Assembly: GCA_051294905.1 (NCBI GenBank)
Contig: CM119383.1
Location: forward strand, 868,001 to 932,000
Length of the DNA stretch: 64,000 bases
Direction of reading: 5' to 3'
Source: Botryllus schlosseri
Lineage: Eukaryota
This document shows, piece after piece, positions 39,350-53,400 of this stretch. Position 1 is the stretch's first letter; the number at the start of each line of letters is the position of its first letter. Both the position numbers and the translations under genes were made by a program. The notes under the pieces are model-generated. The model ran no database searches and was not told the origin of the DNA. It saw nothing but the letters and a program-made list of their open reading frames with translations.

Positions 39350-41048
39350 CAGAGGTCTCAAACTCAAATGTGCTTGCGGGCCATTTTTCCAGTTTTGACG
39401 ACGGCGCGGGCCGCAGCATTTATAGGGGTATTCTATGTCATTCCAAGTAGGCCTTATTTGTCGGGAATGAATTTTCCTATTGAAAGTGAGCCGATCCAGC
39501 AGACTGACAGTAAACACACATCTTTAAAATATGATTTACGTTTGCATCAATTTAGGCCTGGCACGAAAAGAATCATCACATTTGAATAGAATTGTTGTTG
39601 TACTTGATATATAGGCCTATTTACTATAAAATATAGACACCATACGGGCGGACAAATGTATGATGCCATCATAAAAGCTATCAGGTTATAATTTTCAGCT
39701 ACTTTGAATCCAACAGACTGATAATAGAGGCTGATCTGATATATCAAAACATTTTTAAGTTGAGCATTGTAATTCCAATCCAGGATTCGTGTATACTTCT
39801 GATAAGTAGGCTATTAAACTCATTGCCAAATATCGTCAAATATAGGAGCAGAAAAAAATATAAATATATTAATGAATGTGTCCAAGTTATTGAAATGTCG
39901 GAACGCCGAACGGCCCATTGCTGTTACATCGTTGTAGTGTACCACTACGGTACTCGGTACCTTTAAGTGGCCTTAATAACATGATTTAGCGACCAAAGAT
40001 GTAACTAACAGATTGCCAATGGCTGCCATAACTATACTTGCTTAGTTAGCGAAATACCAAGCTTCGACCTTCTGATCTATTATTATTCCACTGATACGCG
40101 ATTTGATTGTTGCGTCCGTTCTAACAAATTTACGGCATCCCGAGTCACTTCAAGTCCACTCGAGTCATTTTCATTTTGCCATCGAGTTAGCCCGAGTCTG
40201 AGTAATTCTAAGAAAGGTCGCGTCCAAATCCAACTCACAAATGTCAGTCTAGAATCGTCTAAGGGTCCGGTTTTGTTATCATATGAATTGGAAATTAGCG
40301 GAATAGTGAATGTTCCACTGCGTGGTAGCGTTTGCAATTGATGTGATAGTGAAGTTTGATGAATAGTTTAAGGCTTTCGGAGCAATTTAAGAGGGAATTT
40401 TTACTTTGTAACCTGAAAAGATATATGTGACACTTATATTTTGTAAAACTAATAAAAATGTAAAATGTCGTCGCGGGCCGCACAAAATCCTCTGGCGGGC
40501 CGCGTGTTTGAGACTAGGGCTGGGCACAATGATTCGAGTACTCGAATCTGAATCGAGTATTAATTTTAATGATTCGAGTCGAGTAGTAAAAGACGATTTT
40601 TCGAGTACTGAAAGTATACGCTCTTCACCACTGAAAGTTGATTTATCAACGAGGAGTTTATCAACGAGTTTATGCTAATTTCACTGTTGAAGCCTTGAAA
40701 TCTTGATTGGCCGTATCGTAGCATACGAAACATGAAGTACAAAGCTACGAACGTTACTGGAAATAGCACATTTCCGAAGTCATGATCATCCCACAATATT
40801 GTCACCAAGTGCAATGAAATCGGTATGGTCGAAAAAAATAACAAAGTATCCTTAATATGATGGATAACAGGCATTATATTCTTTGTGGTCGCTTAAAAGG
40901 TACATATTTGAACTTTGACAACTAATATTCTGCTATGACGTCATAATGAGTGATACTCGATTACTCGACTCGACTCGAAGCATTTTACGTGATTCAGAAT
41001 CGAATCACTCAGGTACTCGATTTTGCCCAGGCCTATTCAAGACCTCTG
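39350..41048. mobile_element. hAT-type MITE in a LINE 3' UTR copy, right TIR interrupted by MITE 40515-41035
   Basis: Outer cagaggtctcaaac..gtttgagac[insert]ctctg with TSD ccctgagc/ccctaagc. Inner termini tagggctgggca/tgcccaggccta with TSD tttgagac/ttcaagac. Confidence 0.82.
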
Positions 41049-41493
41049 CCCTAAGCCCATGTGGGCGTCTGATTTCAAAGACTACTCCAAGCCGTTTTTA
41101 CACTTTCCTATCTTTTCATTGTATCGCAGTCTTCTGGCGTTTCGAAATGATGGAATTGTTAAGAACTTGATACTGATGCATTGATCTTGTAAATGCCCCT
41201 GAGCTCAGACCAAAACCAAAGTAAACCTGCAATTAGCGAAGATAGCCTCAGTAGCCATTTCAAGGAAAATCACTTTTCCAGTCAAACAAGATCAAAAATA
41301 TCAGAGTAACAAAAATGATTGCAGAAAAGGCATCATTTTACGACAACCACGAAAGAAATAAAAAAACGCATGTGAGATTTGCATGGACCAGTTTGGGTCA
41401 GGAGTCAGCACCGAGTAGACCCACTCAAGATACGATAAAACTTCATCCCGTGGATTCTTGATAGCTTTTCCCATCTTTCAGGCACAGTGAAAC

Positions 41494-44400
41494 TTACAAT
41501 ATGGCGTACTGTTGATATAACAACTCCCTGATTTTATAGTAATCTTCGGAAAGGCAACCTTCCATGTCGACGTGGCCCTGATGAGTCTGTATTACAAGAC
41601 AAATTGAATGTATCAGAACTACATGAACACATCATAACTCAGTTGTAATCAAGTCACAGGTCTATCTTAGTTTCATAGCCTCGGGTCAAGTCATAATATC
41701 ATTTTCAATTTTGAGTCATATAATGTCGAGACTGGAGTCAAAGTCAGTAGGGCTGTTCAAAAATTACTTTTTCTTTCAATCTTCACAGGCTCCCTGATAA
41801 AATTATTAGGTTACCTAGAAAAAGCTGCACACCAATTCTGGCTTAATTATAACCAGTGGAAGCCAAGTTATTGCAGCAGAATATTTTGGATTCATTTCAT
41901 CATTTTTTTCGAATTTGACTGACCACTCCACGAAATTGTAAGGTTGTCTGAAAAAACGATGCACAACAAATTTGACTCAATACCAACCCGTAGAAGCGCA
42001 GTTATTGATGTTCGCAAAAATGAATGAATAATTACAGAATTTGCCGCCGTAGATACTATTTTTTTTCCAATCACAGTTTTCAGTTTTTCAGACGAAACAA
42101 GGCCTAAAATACTTACTTTTTACTAACTCGGAAATCGCTAATTCTACTTGTACTGAATGTGAATTTATGTTCTTAGTTGTACTTCCAGTTCTAGAAGTAG
42201 ATGACCTCAAGTATGACTACTTTGACCGCTACATATTCAGATAAAAGACAGATTCTGGCACGATTAGTCTCCAACCGTGACTTGATTGAGTCACATGCAA
42301 GTCAGGTCAATACACAGAGTGACTCCAGTCGAGTCGAGTCATTTTCCATATTTGAGATAATCACTCGAGTCGAGTCACTGAAAACTTGTGACTCGAGTCA
42401 TTACAAACCTGTATCACAGTTGCTCTCTAGGCGAGTTCAAACTAAACAAATGTGATGCACATTACTCACCCTGCGTATCGCCACACTGCTGTTGCAAATC
42501 AGGACCCCGCCGATAAATTCCGCGTGGACTCCTTCTTTCAATAAGATTTGTTTGAAATCCGACAATCTGAGTTCGTTCACGAAATACGACCGATGTCCGG
42601 AATTCTGCTCGGGAAGAAAGAAGCTCGTTGCACGGGTCACACACGGCAGTGAGCATTAGGGCTCTTCAAAAATGACTTTTTCTCAAATCGTACTGGCTAC
42701 TTGAGAAATTTGTTAGGTTACCTAATTTAAGCCTACACACAAAATTTGGTTCAATTCCAACCAGTAGCCGCATTGCTACAAGAGAAGAAAGTTTCTATTC
42801 ATTATATAAGAACAAATAGCAAAAAATTTGAAAATTTTCCGCTCAACCCATGAAAGTGTTAGGTCGCGCGTAGAAACAATGTACACCAAATTTGGTTCAA
42901 TTCCAACCAGTGGAAGCGGAGTTATTGCCGTCGAAAAATTTGGATTATGAATAAAATAGTAATTACGGTGACCAATTCTTCAATTATTTACTATAGTGGT
43001 ACCCACCGTAAATACTATTTTATTCAAATTCAAATTTTTCGACGGCCATAACTCCGCTTCCACTGGTGGGAATTGAACCAAATTTTGTGTGCAGGCTTAA
43101 ATTAGGTAACCTAACAATTTTATCAAGTAGCCAGTACGATTTGATAAAAAAGGTCATTTTTGAAGAGCCCTATTGTACAAACTACCTAACTGGTTAGGTG
43201 AAGGTCAGGCGGTTCTAGCTCTAGCCGAGTGGTTCTAGTTCTGAGATTCAAAAATTGAGTCGTTCTAGTGGCACATTTGGAAAAGCCAGTAGTTTGTACG
43301 AGTCTGAATTTGAGAATAGTTACCTCGCCGGCATTCATCGGTACCAAGTTTGGGATCAAGTCTTTTCTGGCGTCATCCGTATCCTTGGCTTGCCCTAAAA
43401 TATTTCAACAGACAATTGAGTAAAATCAGTATAAAATTGCACTGTCTGGCCGTTGTAGGCCGAGGCGTAAGTTTGAACAACAAATTTCATGAATTCATTC
43501 GTCTCCTTTCTGAATACGATCGAAATATTTCATATCATATCAAAGATCGATTGTTGATATACAATGTTCTTATCAATTCTCTACTAGTTGTTGACGATTA
43601 CCCCTGATGAGTGTCAGCCAAAAATATTCGGGTTATCATTCAATGGTATGTTGAAGTTCATGAGGTTGTAATGACTCGAGTCACGATTTTCTGATGACTC
43701 GACTTCACTCGAGTCATTTTCTCAAAATACGGAAATGACTCGACTCGAGTCATTACGCATGACTCGACACACAGACGGCCAAGACCGATATTTCATCGTA
43801 ACTTCGAAGAATATTAAAGTAACCTCCCTATTGGGATTGCGTCTATTGGTACTAGTACTTGAAAATGCGATCAGAAACTGCTAAAAGTGAGGAAAACTAC
43901 TATATTAGAAATGCGAACCATTCAATATCACCAAACAGAGTTATAAAAAGTGAGTTTAACAAGATTTTAGCTGGAAACTGAGCAGTCAACACATTGACTT
44001 GGACTCGAGTCATAATACCATGACTCGGACTCGACCCTCCGATCGATGACTTGGACTCGGACTTGACTCGGTGGTGAGATGAAAATGACTCGACTTGACT
44101 CGAGTCAAATCTATAAAAGTGAAATTGACTTGTGACTCGGAGCCTAGTGACTTGGTTACAACCCTGCAGTTCAAGACCTCCAAGAGTCTCTTCATATCAA
44201 GTAATTGAGGCACGCTACTCACCATAACCCCCTGCAGGCAGATCTACTTCCATCGGTTCAGCCGCGATGCCATTCTGAAGCAGAGTAATCGTTTTACACA
44301 CACCAGGAACAGTTGGAGCGAATCAATCTTTTCGTATGCACAGAAGACGTCACAATAGTATGAATGATGTAGGACATTCAAATATGTACCTTTCATGCCA

Positions 44401-47400
44401 GTTCTACAACGCATTGAAGATAATTTAGAATAGATTTGCACTACGTGTTTCGTACGCTGTGATGCCACCAATTAAGGTTTCAAGGCTTTCATAGCGGAAA
44501 ATAGTATCTCTTCACGAAGGCAGATATGAATTGAAAACTCACGTTTTGACCGGGAAGAACGTCGAGGGCTCCGACGTGGGATTCGGAAAAGTCAAGTTTG
44601 GCGTCCAGCCAGCACACTTGCGAGTCTTTGGCTTTGAAAAACCGCAACGTGTTCACCACGGAGTCTTTCAATCTCACCTGCAGATATATACACAACGTCA
44701 AGAAGTAGCAGCAGAATGGAACAAACTATCAATCAAGATAGTTGATGGTCAGTTAACTACTCGTGTTTTGAGTGGTTCTACTTGAGGATTTTGAAAAGTG
44801 AGTAGTTCTAGTCCTAGTTGCACATTTTTGAAATATTGAGTCGTCGTTTGGCGTGAGACCGATGTTCTTGCGGCCTTTTCAGTTCAGAGTCATCGCTACT
44901 AACAGTGCTTTAGCCAGGGCTGGGTTTGGACGGTCAAACACCTCCATTTACGTTGATTCGATCTAGCTATGTTTTAAAGGTTGTTAATTCTAGTTCTGGT
45001 TGCGAGATTTTAAAATTGAGTACCGGTAGTTCTAGTTCTAGTCCTGAGTTTTGATGAGACAGTAGTTCTAGTTGAGAGTTTTTAAAATTTAGTAGTTCTA
45101 GTTCTGAGTTTTGAATTTTGATAAGTCAGTAATTCTAGTTGAGAGTTTTCTAAAGTGAGAAGTTCTAGTTGAGAGTTTTTAAAAAGGAGTAGTTTTAGTT
45201 CCGGTAGCGAGTTTAAGACTGAGAAGTATTAGTTGCAAAACTGAGCTGCATTAGTTGTAGTTTTAACCACACATTATAAAAATACAGTAGTTTAGACAGT
45301 AGGACAAGCGTATCTTGTGAACTCGCCTGATATATATGCCGCTCTTTCGTGGTATCGACAACTTGGTCTACTGCTGGAGTAAAAACTTTCACGGCATCGG
45401 CAGAAGAAGGGAACGCCTTCTGGATGGAATCTGCAAGTTTGGCCGTGTTTTTGGGAGAACCTCGGACGACAATCACCTGTAGCGTTGTAGACAGTCTTGT
45501 TTCATGATGACACTCGGAAAGAATAAATACCGACCTCGAGCGGCTTGATCTGCTGTATGATTTTCATGATGGATTCGCCGTCGGAACGGCCTTCAAAGTC
45601 GATGTAGGAGACGGAGCACTTCACTTCCACGTTACGCGTTTCGCGGACGCACTTTGTCGGAACTTCCGTCTCCTCTGCATGAAAGCGTTGTGATTATGCG
45701 AATCCCCATGTTCAGCCTTAGCAATTGCTAGAACCACGTTCGAGCGACACTTTCTACCAGAGACAGACAGCTCTGCACACTAGGGCTCTTCAAAAATGAC
45801 ATTTTTTCTCAAATCGTACTGGCTACTTGATAAAATTGTTAGGTTACCTAATTTAAGCCTACACATCAAATTTGGTTCGATTCCAACCAGTAACCGCATT
45901 GCTACAGGAGAAGAAAGTTTCTATTTATCATATAAAAATAAATAACAAAAAATTTGAAAATTTTCTGTTCACCCCATGAAAGTGTTAGGTTGTCTATAGA
46001 GACATTGTTCACCAAATTTGGTTCAATTCCAAACAGTGGAAGCGGAGTTATTGCCGTCGAAAAATTTGGATTATGAATAAAATAGTATTTACGGTGACCG
46101 ATTCTTTAAATATTTATTATACTGGTGCCCACCGTAAGTACTATTTTATTCAAATTTAAATTTTTTGACGATAATAACTCCGCTTCCACTGGTTGGAATT
46201 GAACCAAATTTGGTGTGTAAGCTTAAATTAGGTAACCTAACAATATTATCAAGTAGCCAGTACGCTTTGACAAAAAAAGTAATTTTTGAAGAGCCCTACT
46301 GCACACCCTAGTTTCATTATCAGAGACAGAAGAGATTCAGAGAATGTCAGGTATAAGAAAAGCGTTTTCAAAATACCTTCTTTTTCTGCCTCTGCCTTTT
46401 TTTCAACTTCCACTTTCTCTTTGGCGTTGGCGATGATCTCTTTCTCTGCCAGCAGACTGTCGGCAGTTTTGTAATCGTCGGGGCTGAAGAAAATACAGTT
46501 GCAGACAGTATTGTACAAACTAATGGATTTTGAAAAAGCGCAACTAGAACTAGAACTACTCAATATTTCAAATCTGCAATTAGATCTAGAACTAGAACTA
46601 CTCACTTTTCAAAATTCGCAACTCGAACTAGAACTACTCACTCTTCAAAATCCACAACTAGAACTAGAATTACTCACTTTCCAAAATGCGCAACTAGATC
46701 TAGAACTAGAATTAATCACTTTTCAATATCCACAACTAGAACTAGAAGTACGCAAGTAACCGTCAAGTAACTAGATTTGCAATTTGTAGGCTACTATTCT
46801 GCGACGTACAACAATATCTTACTTTATGATTTCTCCATATTCATCCCACTTGATTCTTGTTTCTACGTACGGAAACATGGGATACGTTTTTTTGGCTTGT
46901 TTGAAAAACCCGCCTTTCTTTGCATTCTGGAGAAATTCTTGTGTTAGTTACTGCGAATCTCTAGAACGTTATCGTGAAAAAGGAAATGGTTCCGTTGAAC
47001 TAGCGGCGATTCGGATGGACGTTACAATCAACCAATCGACTCACTTCAGACGGCACCAGTAAGTCATGCTTCACTGTCTTCATGGCCGGTACTTTTTCCT
47101 CAGCGTCACTCTCGTCGCTGGAGACTTGTTCGATGCTGGAAGTAGGTAGAAAAAAAATTGAGGTAAAAAAAAATTAAAATTTTTTTTTTGTAGATTCCTA
47201 CATTTTTTTATTCTGCGCTTTTTTAGCTTGCTTCCTCCTCTCGAATTCGTCAAGCTCCTCCCCGAACATCGCGACCCGCTTTCTGATCTGCAGAACAGAG
47301 TTGCTCAGTCAAAAAATTCGAAATTAGATTAAAATCGGAATGATAGCTACACTCTCTTTCCAAATTAGATTACAAATAAAACAACCGAATTCGCAAAAAC

Positions 47401-50400
47401 CTGGATTTGAATAAAATAGTATTTACGGTGAGCACCACTTTAATAAATTACACTGGTTGGAATTGAACCAAATTTGGTGAACATCGTTTCTATAGACAAC
47501 CTAACAGTTTCATGGGGTGAACAGAAAATTTTCAAATTTTTATATAATAAATAGAAATTTTCCTCTGTAGCAATGCGGCTACTGGTTGGAATTGAACCAA
47601 ATTTGGTGTGTAGGCTTAAATTAGGTAACCTAACAATTTTATCAAGTAGCCAGTGCGATCAGAATTGTAATGTGAGCATAGAAACATTTCACAAACTAGA
47701 ATAAAACAAGATTATCGACATTTCGCTCCAATCAGATCACTAGAATGTCTCGTTGACCACGTCTGACATTGACAGCATGAATTTTCGTCAAAACATTCTC
47801 ACCTCCAAATTTATACTAGAAATGCCCGGATTGCTCATCAGACTGTGCGAAAGCGTCCCTGGCGAGCTTCTGCCCGTGATTATGACCGAATTCCGCGGGT
47901 CCGAACACCACCTCACGAACAGCTGCCGCGAAAATCCGCTCTCCATGTCCAGCGTGCTGGCCAGGACGCACTAGGAAAAAGAGAGCCGTCAGATTACAAG
48001 GCCGTAAATCAGGGGGTCCTCACCATTTTTACACAATGGCCCCGGTATATTTTCAAACGAAGAGAAACGGTCATCTAAATCAAAACCTGGTTCAAACCAG
48101 ACTTGGACAACTAGGAAATTTCCATCTTTTCCAAATTAGATTGGAATTAGAATTATAGCTACACAGATTTTTCTAAATTAGATTGTTATTAGATTGATAG
48201 CGACACAGATCTTTCCAGACTAGATTAGAATTCCTGAATTTGCAAGAACTTGTACATTGCATAAGTTCACTTCATATCAAATCAGAACTCATCCTCATAA
48301 GCATCAGAACAGCGAATATCTACCGACCAGGGTTGTAACCAAGCCACAAGGCTCCGAGTCACGAGTCAATCTCACTTTTATAGTTTTGACTCAAGTCAAG
48401 TCGAGTCATTTTCAACTCGTCACCGAGTCAAGTCCGAGTCATGGGATAATGACTCGAGTCCGAGTCCAAGTCACTGTGTTGACTGCTCAGTTTCCTGTTG
48501 AAGTCTTGTTAAACCCACTGCTATAACTCTGTTTGGTGATATCGAATGGTTTGTATTTATGATATACTAAATCTCCTCACTTTTAATAGTTTCTGGTCGC
48601 ATTTTTCAAGTACCAGTACCAATAGACGAAGTCCCAATAGGGTGGTTACTTGACTATTCTTCGAAATTACAATGAAATGTCGGTTTTGGCAGTCTGAGTC
48701 ACGAGTCAAATGACTTGGTTCAAGTCACGCGCAATGACTCGAGTCGAGTCATTTCCGTATTTTGAGAAAATAACTTGAGTCAAGTCGAGTCGTCAGAAAA
48801 TGGTGACTCAAGTCTGACTCGAGTTGAGTCATGACTCAAGTCTGACTCGATTTGAGTCATGACTCGAGTCATTACAAGCCTGCTACAGACCGAACATGGC
48901 CTTTTGCACTATACAGTTCTCCTGTAGCATTTTCCGAAAACCCAGAAAATAGATTAGAATTACAATCTCAAACATTAGATTAGAATTACAATTACAAGGT
49001 AAACTCAAGATCAAGACTCGAATACAATGTTTTTTTTTCACGGCCCCTGTAAAAGGCTCCAAAATTGAGAACACCTCCTGTAAAGTGTAAATGAACATGG
49101 ACGCAACGCAAATGCGACACTATATTCATAAACGGCAGCCCCTGGCACGAAATAAAAAGCTCACTTTTGGGTTAGAGACTTGGGCCAGGTCTCCGAGGTT
49201 GTGGCATAGCTTCAAATGCTTGAATTGAAAAGGACTGTTTCTCTGATCCGTGAAGGAATTGATGATTTTGTCGCTCATCCATTCCATCTGAAGAAAAGAA
49301 ATGAAACTTTTCAACAGCATCATAACATAACAACACTGAACACATTTCACATTACAGTTTATTGGTATGTTCGACTAATATTTCACTGGGAGGCTCTCAA
49401 AGCATCCAGAAATGTTGATCACGTACAAGCAATGCTGGATATTCTACTCAAATAATGCAACAAAAAATTCACATCATAATTCGAAGCTACAAGCACCTGC
49501 AAATCAAACCGGGGTCCACAGAACTGGTTGTTTCTTCAGGGGGCCGTGAAAAGGCACTGTTTTCTAGTCATCAGATAGCTTTTTGGAGATCTATTAACCT
49601 GACCGCAACTATGTCAAAGTGATGATAATTTTTTAAGGAGATGTCTTCCGAAAGTTGGGGTACACCAAACACGGAACTGCCAAAAAAAGTTCCCCCTGGA
49701 CGACAATAATGTCATATGATATATTTCCAAACAAAGACTTACTTCATACCTTAAAATGTTTGCTACTCGTCTTAAAAAGCGACAGAATTCTAAAAAATCC
49801 TAGAATCACTTTCAGAATAAGCCAAGTAGAGAGAATTACCGGTCAATGTGAAAACGCAGAACATGTCAGCAGAATTTACCCACCATCGATTTTGCGAATT
49901 CCACCACATTGTACGTTACATTGTTGAGCATCGCAAGGGAATACGCCCCCAAACCAGATCTGGCATCGTTCCAGAGTTGGTCCTGTTGAATTAACGCGAC
50001 ACGATACTACAGTTTTGCAAAATACAGAAAAAAATATGACACGAGACTACCAATAAGGCTGGGCATAATCCAAAACCGAGCAGAGTATTACTCATGATGA
50101 CGTCACAGCAGTATAAATAATGTAATAAGTACATTTTATGCGACCACAAAGAATATAGTAGCAGTTCTGTATCACATTAAATATGAATTGGTATTTTTTT
50201 GTACCATACCTATTTCATTGCGCTGTTATCGAAAATATAATTATTGTCGATAAATAAACATTAAGTGGCAAAATGCGTATTATTTTAGTATTCGAATCAT
50301 TATGCCTCGCACTAATTACCAGTAAAATGGCGAGTTCCAGAACGCGACCAGCCGTGTCGACAGCGATCAAGACATTGCCATCCCCTCTCATGGTCTCAAT

Positions 50401-53400
50401 TATTTTTGCTGCAGGGAAAAAATAATCAGACATACATATTTGTTACGTGAACAGAATCACATTTTTCCTACTCAAAAGCTCTTCGTCTCGAACTTTTCTC
50501 CGAGTCTGCTGATACGATGCATTGAACGCATCCGTGATAAGTAGTTGAGGCGGCCGGGCCGGCCCTGCGATACCGCTGCGGCCGGATGTCTCGCTCAAGG
50601 ATTCCAGTAAGGAACAGCCTGCAATTTGCACGATATGCTTCTACAAGAACTTCAATATACAATTGAATAACACTTTCGTATTGAAATGAATGTTGGAGCC
50701 CTTGGAGGTAGGCCTACCGAACTTCCGTATACATTGGAATAATGTATTTGTATTGAAATGGAATCAAACATTTTCGTCAGAGGTAATTGTCTGGTAGAAA
50801 ATTGAAGATAACTTTGTATATCAACATTAGCGCTGTTAAAAAAAAACTTGTCCTTCAGATTTCACTGGTTACTTGATAAAACTGTTAGGTTGGTTTAAAA
50901 AAACGCTGCACACCGACTTTGGCTCCATTCCAACCAGTAGAAGCGAGACTCGTGCAGTAGAAAGTTATGAATTTATCATTAAAAAACAAAAAAATAGAAC
51001 TTCAAAATTTTTCTGTCGACCCCATAAAATTGTTAGGCTGTCAGTAGAGATGACGCACACCAAATTTGGCTCCGTTCCAACCACTAGAAGCGAAGTTATT
51101 GCAGTAGATAAATTTCTAATTCCATGATTTTATAGTAAATAATTGAAGCATCAGTCACCGTAAATACTATTTTATTCAAATCGAGATTTTTCTACTGCAA
51201 TAACTCCGCTTCTAGTGGTTGGAATTGAGCCAAATTTGGTGTGCAACGTTTTTTTCACCAACCTAACAATTTTATCAAGTAGCCAGTGAAATCACAAGGT
51301 TTTTTTTGAACAGCCCTAATCAACATCCTATCACAGGCTTAAGATAGGCTTCATCTCATATAAAATAGTACATTGAGGTACCAATTTTTATGCCTGTGAT
51401 CAATGTTCTCTCTAAGCTGTGCAGTGTGCACGTGCACAAATGCGCAGTGATGACACGGCCTCTGCGCACAGAAAATCCAAGTTGCGCACAAAAAATCCGA
51501 AGTGATGACGTTTTTTTACTCGTTACGCACTGTTGTTCAAGGGTCTGCGCCATAGGTGCCGAACCTAGGTATGCAAGGTATGCCACGCATACCTAGACAT
51601 TTTTTTAGGTATGCGGCATACCTAGAATTCGGTTTGGTATGTATCGGCATAAACGTCAATTGTGTTATCTAGAACAAATCGCAATGTATTTCCGTTTACG
51701 ACATTACCTGCAGCCGCTTATATGAGCGAGATAGCCCGTTGCGCGCGGCCAATTAGCGAGAAGCGTGTTGCCAATTAGCGAGATCCGTCTGTGCACAATA
51801 GGGCTGTTCAAAAATAACTTTTTTTCCCGAATCTTGCGAGCTCCATGAATAAATCGTTAGGTTACCTTGAAAAACGACGCACACCAAATTTGGATTCATT
51901 CCAACCAATATTCGCTGATTTCGTAGAGTTTGAAAATTTTGAGTTTACCCAAAAATGCAAAAAAATTTTTTTCCAAATTTTTCTGTCAACCCCATGAAAT
52001 TGTTGCGATGTCTTAAAAGACGATGCAAAACAAATCTGACTCAATTCCAAGCCGTAGAAGCTGAGTTATTTGAGTTTTTTTATGATAATTCTTGGATTAT
52101 TCACCGATCAAGGATAGACGGACAGAAATTGAATTTCCAAGTTTTCAAATTCAGCCATTCTAATTCAAATCTAATTTGGTGAAGCATATGACTGTCAGCT
52201 GAAAATATTCGTGTTCATTTCAATATGACTATTATATTGAACATTATAATGCACTCGACTCAGATAGGTCATCTTAGCACAAACCGTTCAAATGCCGCTC
52301 TCTTTTGTGATTGAAATCGACGGCGTATACGATCTCTCCTTCTTCGTCTGCCTTCATGATTTTCCACGACGTGCCTCCGATGATGTGTGCTGCGTGAATG
52401 GGAGCTATCGATAGACCGTGACCTTTGTCTGCAAGAACCACAAAATATCAAAATGGATAAAAGTCCTGGATCGTAACTAGGACTAGGCACAATGGTTCGA
52501 CTATCAATTGTAATGATTGGAGTCAATTAGTGAGATGCTATTTCTCTTCAGTATTTATATTAAACAGAAATTTTTACAAAATGTTTTAATGCTTTTACTC
52601 ACCGAATAAGGTTCGAAACCCACGGTTGGTTACAGCATTCAAAACACAGAAGCAAAGCTACAAACGTGAGTGGAAATGACATTTCTATGAAGTCGTGATC
52701 AATCCACAGCATTGTTGCAAAGTGCAATGGAATAGGTAAGGTCAAAAAATACCAAATTATCTTTAATATGGTGTAGAACTGGCATTATATTCTTTGTGAT
52801 CGCATAACAGGTACATGTTTGAACTCTCCACACCGTTCACGCTGTTATGACGTCATCATGAGTGATACCCGAATACTCAACTCGAAGCCAATTACTCGGA
52901 TTCAGAATTGAATCACCCAGGCGTAATCAAATCAACAAATCTCTAACCTTTTAAATGGACCGTTTGATTATGCTTCACTTGAATGATTCGATCGAATGCC
53001 AGATCCACGTCGTCCAGGCTGAATTTATCGAAATCTTCTGTGTTGTGATGCGACTATCAGTCCATTGAACAAATAAAAAAGAATCGCTTAGTATCACCAA
53101 GCCCTAGTTTTTCATTTGTTCGAGTTTTTAGAAGTAGTTCTAGTTGACGGGATATGTTTCACAGTCATCAGATCGATCATTACACGGTTTTGACATTGCA
53201 CACACTGCACCAGTGCTTAATTTACTATTTTCTGTTCATTTTCAAGACAAACATATATGGAAGTGCAATAGAAACACGAACATGGGACTTATGCATCTTT
53301 GAAGCCCAAAACGAGCTTTCTAGTGCAAGCTGTTATCAAGATATGCACAGCCACTGGAGGGCGTCCAAGCCATCAAGACAAGTCTTGTTTTCACTGTCGT

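Noticed and set aside
46499-46759. ORF with repeated [11 protein letters not shown] as a repeat protein
   Set aside because: It is the translation of the intronic ACTAGAACTACTCACTTTTCAAAA minisatellite also found at ~34300-34860 and ~44780-45240.
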